Positions 1 through 9,202 of a DNA stretch of 64,000 nucleotides are shown here, piece after piece (the stretch's first letter is position 1; every line of letters begins with the position of its first letter). The DNA is taken from contig CAVZRV010000029.1 of NCBI GenBank assembly GCA_963777605.1, positions 288,001 to 352,000 of the forward strand, in the 5' to 3' direction. Below the pieces are notes generated by a model. The model ran no database searches. It worked only from the letters and a program-made list of their open reading frames with translations, and had not been told where the DNA came from. This DNA is from an uncultured Acidobacteriota bacterium. GTDB lineage: Bacteria > Acidobacteriota > UBA6911 > RPQK01 > JAPXNP01. A program made the position numbers and the translations under genes.

Positions 1-1
1 C

Positions 2-619
2 ATCGATGCGTTTATTCCACCTCACAGTGGTGGGATGACCGACATCGATCCCCAAACGTTCGCTTGGGGACCGGACGGTGATCTTTACGTGTCCAGCGAG
101 GCAACCCACAGGGTTTTGCATTTCGACGGAGTGACAGGAGCTTACTTGGGAGACTTCGTTCCCGCGAACACAGGCGGGTTGATGGGGCCTTCCGGCTTGA
201 CGTTTGGGCCCGACGGCAACCTCTACGTGGGCAGTACTGCGACGGACCGGATTCTTCGCTTCGACGGAAGTACCGGGGAGTACCTGGGTGACTTCGTTAG
301 TGCGGGAAGCGGAGGCCTCGACCTTCCGGTCGGCCTTGTTTTCGGGCCGGACCGGAATCTCTACGTCGCCAGCGCAAGCGATGGCTTGGGCCTGGGCAGT
401 GTCATTCGATACGATGGTGCTACCGGAGACTTCCTGGATGTTTTTATCCCTAACGGAACTGGTGGGATCCACGGTCCGCGGACTCTTCTGTTGAAGACAA
501 AAATCAGGATGTGTCATCGACCCCCGGGAAATTCCGAAAACGCTCGAACGATCTCAATCGGCTACCTGAATGCTTACGACCACTTGGCCCACGGCGACAC
601 CGTCGGCCCGTGCCCTTGA
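2..619 (+). CDS. 5'-truncated NHL/Vgb-like beta-propeller repeat protein with a C-terminal CHxPPGN...HGDxxGPC mini-domain
   Basis: Frame is open from position 2 (IDAFIPPHSGGM...). Repeated blades of the form (F/W)GPDxxLYV...(F/Y)DGxTGxxLxxF; ends KIRMCHRPPGN...HLAHGDTVGPCP. Confidence 0.8.
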   Translation: MDAFIPPHSGGMTDIDPQTFAWGPDGDLYVSSEATHRVLHFDGVTGAYLGDFVPANTGGLMGPSGLTFGPDGNLYVGSTATDRILRFDGSTGEYLGDFVSAGSGGLDLPVGLVFGPDRNLYVASASDGLGLGSVIRYDGATGDFLDVFIPNGTGGIHGPRTLLLKTKIRMCHRPPGNSENARTISIGYLNAYDHLAHGDTVGPCP

Positions 620-1247
620 TCCGATAGTCGGCGGACCGTTGCAACGTTCAGGTCGACAGTCGCCTGTGCCCGAGCTGCGAAAACCAGCGCGGGGGAAGTA
701 CCTCGCAGGCTTCCCCAAGCGGAATAGGCTCGGGCACGAGCCTTAACCGTCCAATGCGGATGGATTTACTGACATCCTGGATTCACCGTCTTGATGTTCG
801 AACCGAATAAGCCTGGAATTCTCCTCGGCCAGCTGCCAGCTGTGCATGATCATGGATTGAATAAACAGGCTCATGCGGGTTTCTCCTGGTCAGGCTACCA
901 GAGCAAGAAGCCGGGAAGGCCCTCTTCTTGGGCTCCGATGCCCGGATCGCTATATCTATAGCGGACCACCTCTCTCTGTGGAGCGGAAGCCAGAGAAGAA
1001 ATGTTCCTAATGGTTTCGGAGCGCAGGCCGGACCCTCTCGATTATCAGGATGCCGAGCTTGAGCCGGAGAAACAAGCTCACCGCCTTGTCGGTGGATCTC
1101 AAGAGCCCACCGCCTCGGTCCCCTGTCAAATCCCTCGCGCGTGTGCATGCGTCCTGTTCCTGTACTTAGGTAAGAGGTACAAGGGAGTAAAGGGTGTGGG
1201 GAAGAAGGAGGGGCGAGGGGAACTCTCCTTTGCCGGTGTTCCTGCGC

Positions 1248-1454
1248 CTTCACCCTCAAACCATTCTGGCCTACGGCATGAATGGCCGAGATCTTCCGAT
1301 CCAACACGGGGCCCCGGTTCGGCTCCGGGTTGAACGGCAGATCGCCTACAAGAGCATGAACTACGTGCACCGCATCGTCGTAACGGACGAGTTCGAGGAC
1401 GGCGGCGAGAATGGGAACATCCAGAACGGGTGGGCTTGGTACACAGGGATTTGA
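1248..1454 (+). pseudogene. C-terminal fragment of a molybdopterin-dependent oxidoreductase (MsrP/YedY, sulfite-oxidase family)
   Basis: LHPQTILAYGMNGRDLPIQHGAPVRLRVERQIAYKS...WAWYTGI matches the family C-terminus; no N-terminal part is present upstream. Confidence 0.8.
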
Positions 1455-1573
1455 TCACCGCTTCAATCCTGTTCAACGTCGGCACGTCAGGAGCGGAGTT
1501 ATCGGGTTGTTGGAAGCCGTCTGTGAGTTGATTGATGGCTAAATCGGTCCCGGAGCGGTAATTCTGAACTCTG

Positions 1574-3112
1574 CTACTCCGATCCGGTGGAAGGTAGATT
1601 GAAGCTTATCTTCATTTCGGAAATGCAGGAAGCATCTGGTGCATGTGAGGGATCCTTGAGAAACTGCAGTGCCAATGACGCGGGGCACGGACCTTGGAAT
1701 GTGGGTGAGTGCCCAAAACCTGGGATCTCATAAACGTAGCTGTTGCTCAGCGTCTGCGCGGCCGTGGCTGACCAGGCCGGAGGAGTCATACTGTCCAGCT
1801 GTCCAGCTATGATCAGGGTAGGCAGGTCACTCTCGACCGGGATCCGCGTTTGCGGGGCAATTGGCTCAATGTCCCAGACCGCGCAGTTCTTGATCATCGC
1901 CCTCGGTCCCCAACTCATGTCGGCAAGGGCCTTTTCAAAGGCGGGGAAACGCCCATCCAGGAGTATGTCCTCTTCGTTCAGGGTATTGAACTCACTGCAC
2001 ATTGCCGATTGCCCGAGTCCGTGAGCGAAGTCTCCGGGAGGTGGCATCGCGGCCCAAGCCAAGGACTTCAGCACTTGGTAGTCCTTTTGCTCCAGCCGGT
2101 AGATCAAGCCGGGCATTGCCGGGATCATGGGAGTCTGAGAATTTGCCATGAAGAGCATCTCGGCCAGACGATCCCCATTTATCACGATTTCGAGTGTGCC
2201 GCCGGTTCGGGGGTCTTGAGCCGAGACGGTGACCGGTTCCTCATTCAGATTGGAGATCACACTATCAAAACCTGCCTCCAAACCCGGATAGGCCGGAGAG
2301 CAATCTGCATCATCTGCGCAGGACTCAAGAAGTAAATGGAGGGACCTGGATCCGTTGGATGGATTTTCGGCTTGAAGGGTCTTTCTGCCGAGCGGGGCCG
2401 TGGAATCGATGATGACACTCTTTAGCCTGCCAGGATAGGCCCGCATCACGTGCTGAGCCACGATAGTGCCCGCAGACGTTCCATAAATACTGAATCGCTC
2501 ATAATCCAGAGCAGTCATCACCATCGCCATATCGGAGGCGGTTTCGGCGAAGTTGAATGCATTAAGCTCGATTCCCTCGGATTGGAGACGGTCCCGGCAG
2601 GCTCGAACGCTTTCCGTCTGCAGCGCCAATGTTTCTTCGCCGGATATGTCCTCTTGCAGTCGGTCGAACGCAGCATCCACGATTTCTGGGCAAAGAAGAG
2701 CTGGTTCCGACAAGGGCAGCCCGCGATTCTCTATCAACACGACATCCATCAACTCCCTGAGAGGTTTGCCCAGCCCTGACGCGATCTCGGGTCCGATATT
2801 CCCGATCGCCGAAGTGCCCGGGCCGGGAGGGGCGATTACCAGCGGCCCCAGGGAGGAGGTTTCGTCGAACCTCGGGAAAATGGCCACAGCCAGTCGAAGG
2901 GTCCTCCCGTCAGATTTGCCGTGAAACTCGGGGACTCTCACATACCCGCACTTCACCGCGGCAGCCGCATCATCAGCCTCCGGAAATTGGACGGGACAGG
3001 GGGCCTCTTGGAAAACCCCAACCTGGATTGCCGGATTCTCCGCTTGAGGTTGCCCGGAACATGAAGCCGCGATGAACGCGGCTAAGAACGCAGCACCATG
3101 TTTGCCCCCCAT
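1574..3112 (-). CDS. Secreted or lipoprotein alpha/beta hydrolase, TAP-like (tripeptidyl aminopeptidase-like) family
   Basis: CGYVRVP, PPGPG, nucleophile GTSAG, GQLDSMTP and GFGHS motifs; possible lipobox IAASC; ATG at 3112 preceded by GGGAGG. Confidence 0.85.
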   Translation of the reverse strand: MGGKHGAAFLAAFIAASCSGQPQAENPAIQVGVFQEAPCPVQFPEADDAAAAVKCGYVRVPEFHGKSDGRTLRLAVAIFPRFDETSSLGPLVIAPPGPGTSAIGNIGPEIASGLGKPLRELMDVVLIENRGLPLSEPALLCPEIVDAAFDRLQEDISGEETLALQTESVRACRDRLQSEGIELNAFNFAETASDMAMVMTALDYERFSIYGTSAGTIVAQHVMRAYPGRLKSVIIDSTAPLGRKTLQAENPSNGSRSLHLLLESCADDADCSPAYPGLEAGFDSVISNLNEEPVTVSAQDPRTGGTLEIVINGDRLAEMLFMANSQTPMIPAMPGLIYRLEQKDYQVLKSLAWAAMPPPGDFAHGLGQSAMCSEFNTLNEEDILLDGRFPAFEKALADMSWGPRAMIKNCAVWDIEPIAPQTRIPVESDLPTLIIAGQLDSMTPPAWSATAAQTLSNSYVYEIPGFGHSPTFQGPCPASLALQFLKDPSHAPDASCISEMKISFNLPSTGSE

Positions 3113-3409
3113 AAAGCCTCCCCGTGATGTTGAGCCATTGGACACCGGCTCTGTACTTCAAAGTATTAAGACTTTGGGGCTGATTGTCTACGGACCCGGT
3201 CCCCGAGTAAAACTTATTCCTGCCATCACGGGACGTATGTAGTTCAGTGCCGGCCGGCAACCGGTTCCTCCCGATGATCGTGCGCCAACGGAGCCCCTCC
3301 TCAGTCGTTCCTGCCCGCTCTTAACAGAAAGACCCAGTACCTCCCCTTCTTGCTGAAATGGCGGTGAGGCTATTCGCCAGGAGTCGCGTGAACCTCAATT
3401 TGTCGCCCA

Positions 3410-6400
3410 TCATCGGGCCGCTCCGCCCTTCCAGATCGCGCCAAATCCAAGATCCCACAGCTTCTTGTTGAGCGCCGGAATGTCCTTGGCCAACATGTCG
3501 TCGGACCGCTTCTTCAATGCCGACCACTCGGCCGTGAGCTCGTCGAGCCGGTCGAGCGACGGTTGATTGACCCGCGGCAGATCGCTTTCCGTCTGGTTGA
3601 TCAGGAACAGGTAATTGGCCGTGAACTTGTTGGGGAAATTCTCCACGTCGTCATAGGCTTTGGACCTGCGTTGGACCATGTCCTCGTCCCACGCCTTCAG
3701 CTTCTTCAGCAGTTCGTCGCCGTCGCGCTTGACGGCGGCGAACTTGTCACCGGCGGGCATCGACTTCAGGATCGATTCGATCTGCGTCTGCTTCTCGTAG
3801 AGGCTGTTCACCGTCTTGTGCATTTCGGCGACCGCGCGTTCCATCCGGGACATGATCGCGTCGTATTCCTGGTACTGCGCGGGGGTGGTCGGATACAGCG
3901 GATTGGCAAGGATCTCCGCCTGCGTCGCCACCGTCTGGCCGCCCATCTTCAATGTGAAGTGGTACATGCCCGGCACGGCTTTGTGACCGTCATAGGCCGC
4001 TTCGATGTACACGCCGGGCACGCCGGGGATCGTCGGGTAGCGCATGTTCCAGACGAAACGATTCAACCCCGCGGACTTCGACAGCACGGGATCCGCCGAC
4101 GGACCACCGTCCCATTTCTTGAAGTCCTCCACCTTCTTCGATGAGAAGGCGCGAACCGTCCTGCCCTGCGCGTCCGTGACCTCGAGCGTGATGTCGTCGG
4201 TCTTCTTCAGTTCCGGCAAGTGGTAATAGAGGACGATGCCGTTCGCGGGATTGACGCCGCGGGTCTTGTTGGCGCCCGTAAACTCTTCGTCCGAGTCATT
4301 CAGCTCGCTGCCCCCGTTGGCCAGATACGCGTCGGCCGGCTTGTAGATCGAGAAGGCGGGCGTGTCCGGCTTGTACTGGCGGATCAGTGACAGGTCGTCG
4401 AGGATCCAGAAGGCCCGGCCCGACGTGGCCGCGATCAGGTTGCCGTTGTAGACCTTCAGATCGTTGACCGGCGTGATCGGCAGATTCAGCTGGAACGATG
4501 ACCAGTTCGCGCCGCCGTTCCAGGAAATGAAGATGCCGCGCTCGGTCCCCGCGAAGAGCAGATCGCGCCGGACGTCATCTTCACGAACCACCCGGGTGAA
4601 CGCGTTGGCGGGAATACCGTTGTCGATCTTAGTCCACGTGGCGCCGTAGTCGGTGGTCTTGTAGAGACCCGGCCGGTGATCGTTGAACTTGTACCGCGTG
4701 GTGGCGATGTAGGCGGTCGCCTTATCGAACGGTGACACCTCGATCGCGTTGATCAGGCACTCGGCGAGGCCGTTCGGCGTGACATTCTTCCACGTCGCAC
4801 CGCCGTCACGCGTCAACTGCACCAACCCGTCGTCGCTGCCCGTCCAGATCACGCCTGTTTCGAGCGGTGATTCCTCGATGTAGGCGAGCGTGCCGTAGTT
4901 CTCCGCGCCGACCTCTTCGTTGGTGTACGGAACGCCGGCCCTGCCCTGTTTGTCCTTTTCGTTGCGGGTGAGATCCGGCGACACTTCCTTCCACGTCTTG
5001 CCCATGTCTGTGGTCTTCAGCACGTACTGGGCGCCGTGATAGTAGGTGTTCGGCTCGTGCTGGCTCCGGATGATGGGCGCGTTCCAGTTGTAGCGGTACT
5101 TCATGTCCTTGGCGTCCATGCCGAGGTACTGGATCGGCGCTGGCATGATGTTCGTGCCGGCCTTCGCCTGGGTGTCGATGACCTCGATCGTGCCTTCGTA
5201 GCTGCCGCCCATCACAAACCGTGGATTGTCGGGGTCGAAGGCCAGAAACGCGCTCTCGCCGCCGGCCGACGACGTCCAGTTGTCGGTGCTGATGCCGCGG
5301 GCGCCGAGCGCGCGGCTGGCGATCGAGACCGACGTGTTGTCCTGTTGCCCGCCGTAGATGCGGTAAGGGAACTGGTTGTCGACGTTGATGCGGTAGAACT
5401 GCCCCGTCGGCATGTTGTCCTCAGAGCTCCAGCTCTTGCCGCTGTCGAACGTGATCGCCGATCCGCCGTCGTTCGTGATGATGAAGTTGGCGGGATCGTC
5501 GGGATTGATCCACAGATCATGGAAATCACCGTGCGTGCCCGACAGCGTCTGCCAGGTCTTGCCGCCGTCGATCGAGCGCAACGCGGGCGCGCTCATGACG
5601 TAAACCGTGTTCTCGTTCTTGGGGTCGACGAAGAGCTCGATGTAGTACCACGCCCGCTGAACGAGGCGAGGCTCGTCGGTGACCTGGCTCCAGCTCTTTC
5701 CGGCGTTGGTCGAGACGTACAGACCGCGCGCGTCCTTGGTCGAATCGCTTTCGATCAGCGCGTAAACCCTTTCCGGATTCGACCGGCTGACGGCGATCGC
5801 CATCTTGCCCATCTCCTCGGGCAGCCCCTTGATCATCTTTTCCCAGGTCTCGCCGCTGTCAGTCGACTTGTAGAGGCCGCTGCCGGGTCCGCCGCTGATG
5901 ACTTTCCAGGGCAAACGGCCGTGCTCCCACATCGCCGCGTACAAGATCCTCGGGTTGTGCGCGTCCATCGAGAGTTCCGCCGCGCCGGTCTTGTCGTCGA
6001 CGTAGAGGACCTTGTTCCAGGTCGCGCCGCCGTCGGTGGACTTGAACACGCCGCGCTCGGCCGACGGACCGTACAGCGCACCCTGCGCGGCCACGTAGAC
6101 GACGTCCGGATTCCGCGGATCGACGACGATTCGGGCAATGTGCTGCGAGAGGTCAAGGCCGATCTTCTTCCAGGTCTTACCCGCGTCGGTCGACCGGTAC
6201 ATGCCGTCGCCGTCGTGCGTCATAACGCCGCGAACGGCGTGCTCACCCGTGCCGACATAGACCACGTTGGGGTCACTCTCGGCCACGGCGATCGCGCCGA
6301 TCGTTCCGGTGGTGAAATAGCCGTCCGAGACATTGCGCCAAGTGATGCCCCTGTCCTCGGTCTTCCACACGCCGCCGCCCGTCGTGCCCATGTAGTACGT

Positions 6401-6585
6401 CTTCGGGTCACCGACGACGCCGGTGCCGGCATTGGCGCGGCCGCCGCGGAACGGCCCGATCGAGCGCCACTTCACGGGCGCGAAGACGCTGTTGAGGTCA
6501 CCGGCCGCCGCTGGCGAGCCACTTGCGCGGACACGGTCAGAACGCTAACACACAGAGCACACAGGACGAGAATCTGTTTTGACAT
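3410..6585 (-). CDS. VPS10/BNR-repeat glycosyl hydrolase-like secreted protein (apparent 1-nt frameshift after the signal peptide)
   Basis: [12 protein letters not shown] start and many S/TxDxGxTW BNR repeats. Signal peptide [21 protein letters not shown] begins at ATG 6585, one base out of frame with ORF 3410..6475. Confidence 0.88.
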
Positions 6586-7271
6586 AGAGTTCACCATACA
6601 ACCCACGATTATGAGGCACAATGGACGCTGGCGCATGATGAGATCGGCTCTCGTCCGCCTGCATTTTGAGGAATATAGGTGACACGCTCGTATTTGACTT
6701 GTAAGTCCCCGTCAATACTGAATTCCGACCGAGGTCTGGTACCAATTCCCGGGAAACTTTGTGAGGGCGTGGCTTTCCGAGTGACGCACGGTATGTTTCT
6801 TCGGAAGCCATTCGCTATGTTGATACCGTAGAGCAGTTTGCCTGGATCTTCGTTGCCGATTCCGCCGGAATCCTCGAATTGGGTGCCAGACTGCCCATGG
6901 AATCTTTTGTTTGCAAGTACTTACGATCCAGATACGTGCGTGGCACCAGTTTCCCTTGAAAATCTTCGAAGGACAGGGGGATATCTGCGGTGGTGGAAGC
7001 CACTTGGGCCTCAACTGCCCGATCCGCCTGTCAAGTCTTGGTTCAGAATTTGTTCGTATTTTGCACTTCGCAATTCGAACTTTCTTCCTTGTGTCCGCGG
7101 CAATCCAACTCCAACTCACTGGAAGCAAGATAGAGGGGTCTCCTCTCTGCCCGGTTAGGGAGAACGCTTGCCCGACTCCGAGCCATCAATGCACAATTAG
7201 CCAGGTCAACTGAGACATGAAGTGTCTTTTAAATCGGAGCCTTGAGTCCCATTTTCGCTGAAGACAAACAA

Positions 7272-7306
7272 TTGATCCAACTTGGTGTCGTGAACCATAA
7301 TGGTTC
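7272..7306 (+). promoter_or_regulatory. Putative sigma70 promoter and palindromic operator of the toxin-antitoxin operon
   Basis: TTGATC (7272-7277), 18-nt spacer, CATAAT (7296-7301). The perfect inverted repeat GAACCAT-A-ATGGTTC (7292-7306) overlaps the -10. Confidence 0.6.
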
Positions 7307-7310
7307 CATT

Positions 7311-7550
7311 ATGGCTACTTTCACCATCAAGGGTCTGCCAGACGAGATTCATCGAAAGCTCAAGGAGAGGGCTCGACGAAACCACAGAAGCCTAAACTCC
7401 GAAGTGATTGCCTGCCTCGAAGACTCCCTGGCGAGTCGGCTGATCCGGGTGGACGAATTCCTCGCGCGCATCGATCGGATCCGCCAACAGGTCGGGGGGC
7501 ATCTCACTGACAGACAACTCGCGGAACTGAAGAGCGGCGGAAGGCCATGA
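7311..7550 (+). CDS. Arc/FitA-like ribbon-helix-helix antitoxin
   Basis: MATFTIKGLPDEIHRKLKERARRNHRSLNSEVIACLE is a typical RHH; ATGA overlap with the downstream PIN gene. Confidence 0.9.
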   Translation: MATFTIKGLPDEIHRKLKERARRNHRSLNSEVIACLEDSLASRLIRVDEFLARIDRIRQQVGGHLTDRQLAELKSGGRP

Positions 7551-7951
7551 TCGTCGCAGATACGAATCTCATCTCCTATCTTTTCCTGCCTGGAGACCGA
7601 ACAGCAGAGGCAGAAGAAGTTCTGAAGAAAGACCCGGATTGGAGCGCCCCGCTTCTGTGGAGATCCGAATTCCGGAACGTTCTCGCTGCCTACATGCGCC
7701 AGGACTTCCTTAGCCTTGTTACAGCGATCGGTATTATGAGAGAGGCTGAGACTCTTCTGGCGGGCAGGGAGTACGCGGTGCCGTCGGAGCGGGTGATTGA
7801 GACGGCTGACGACTGCACCTGTTCGGCTTATGACTGTGAGTTCGTCGTGCTGGCTCAGGACCTCGGCATCCGGCTCGTCACTGCCGACCAGCAAATCCTT
7901 CGCGAGTTTCCGGAGATCGCGTCGTCTCCCCGGGAGTTCGAGAGCCAATGA
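7547..7951 (+). CDS. vapC: Type II toxin-antitoxin VapC-family PIN-domain toxin
   Basis: MIVADTN, SEFRN, SAYDCEFV and LVTAD carry the PIN acidic residues; coupled to the RHH gene. Confidence 0.92.
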   Translation: MIVADTNLISYLFLPGDRTAEAEEVLKKDPDWSAPLLWRSEFRNVLAAYMRQDFLSLVTAIGIMREAETLLAGREYAVPSERVIETADDCTCSAYDCEFVVLAQDLGIRLVTADQQILREFPEIASSPREFESQ

Positions 7952-8016
7952 ATCGACCGCTCGACAGTGTCCGGTGACATAATTCGGGTTCCTTTACAAA
8001 GAGAGTACGGACCATT

Positions 8017-8949
8017 ATGAAAAAATGCGATTCTTCACGAAGAAGGTTCTTGCAGCGAGCATCGGCTATGGCGGCCCTACCAGCCTTTGCCGCGAATGGT
8101 AGAGCTTCGTCAGGGGTTGAGGGCCGTGACGAGTTTATTCCTAACAAGAATCCTCTGGGGCTTGGGCTGATGACCTATATGGTCGGCAGTAAATGGGATA
8201 TCGACACGATCATCAAGAACTGCAAGGAAGCCCAGTTTGAGCATGTTCAATTGCGTACCACCCACGCCCACGGTGTCGAGTTGACCTTGACTGCTGCCCA
8301 GCGTGCAGCTGTGAAGAAGCGGTTTGCCGATGCAGGTTTGGCGATCAGCCTTGCCAGTGCGTACCAGTATCATTTTACGGATCCAGCTGAATTGAGAAGG
8401 AACATCGAAGGGACCAAGCAATTCCTTCAGCTGGCTGCCGATGTTGGCGCGCTCGGTGTTCGCGTCTTCCCCAATGCGGTTCCGGAGGAAGGTGATCCGA
8501 GCAAGGAGAAGATCCTGGAGCAGATCGGGAAATCAGTGTCTGAATGTGCTACCACCGGGTATAACCTTGGCGTTCAACTCCGGCTTGAAGAACATGGAAG
8601 GGGAACCGCGAACATCCCGGTCATCCGACAAATTCTGGATTACGCAGACAATCCGCACGTGTACATTATCTGGAATAATTCGGACAGCGACTATACCGGC
8701 GAAGGCCTGCCTAAAGGTTACGAGGGAATGAGTCTTGAAGACCAGTTCAACCTGGTCAAGGGCAGGATTGGGAATGTCCACTTGCGCGAACTATTTACCG
8801 ATTATCCCTGGCGCAGGCTCTTCCGTCTTCTCGGTAATTCTGGGTATAAAGGCTATTGTGATATCGAACTGTCGGACGAGAGCTGTGAACCTGTGAGGAT
8901 GATGAAGAATTACCGCGTGGGATTTCTCGCGTTGCAGAATGCACTCTGA
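8017..8949 (+). CDS. Tat-exported sugar phosphate isomerase/epimerase (xylose isomerase-like TIM barrel)
   Basis: SRRRFLQ twin-arginine signal; LRTTHAHGVE, RLEEHG, VHLRE and DIE metal-site motifs. Confidence 0.85.
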   Translation: MKKCDSSRRRFLQRASAMAALPAFAANGRASSGVEGRDEFIPNKNPLGLGLMTYMVGSKWDIDTIIKNCKEAQFEHVQLRTTHAHGVELTLTAAQRAAVKKRFADAGLAISLASAYQYHFTDPAELRRNIEGTKQFLQLAADVGALGVRVFPNAVPEEGDPSKEKILEQIGKSVSECATTGYNLGVQLRLEEHGRGTANIPVIRQILDYADNPHVYIIWNNSDSDYTGEGLPKGYEGMSLEDQFNLVKGRIGNVHLRELFTDYPWRRLFRLLGNSGYKGYCDIELSDESCEPVRMMKNYRVGFLALQNAL

Positions 8950-9202
8950 AACCCTCCTTGTCATTACGCTGCGGTTTTGATTAGGTCGATCAATATGCTG
9001 CGGCCATGCCTGCGTAATCCGCCGGAACGTGGAATCTTGATGTTGATCTTCGGCTTGCTTCTTGCGGGTAACGCTGCTCACGCAGGTACCCTCAGAGAAG
9101 AGTTGGCGAAGCAGGGCATGGAGCAGTTGAATCCAGCCGTTCCGGGCCCGGCATTCGGTGGCCCAGAAAACAGCTGCCTGTCAGGTCTTCTTTCTGAGGG
9201 CC

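Noticed and set aside
5036-6682. 548-aa plus-strand ORF and similar long antisense ORFs (10232..11338, 16499..17782, 21010..22302, 22409..23647, 40333..42630, 57424..58797)
   Set aside because: Shadow frames opposite well-supported high-GC genes, with no recognisable motifs.
6667-6960. Short motifs such as GGTACCAATTCCC, GAATTGGGTGCCAG, GGCACCAGTTTCCC and an IHF-like TGCAAGTACTTA
   Set aside because: Possibly degenerate repeat or IS-end remnants, but too short and divergent to support a call.
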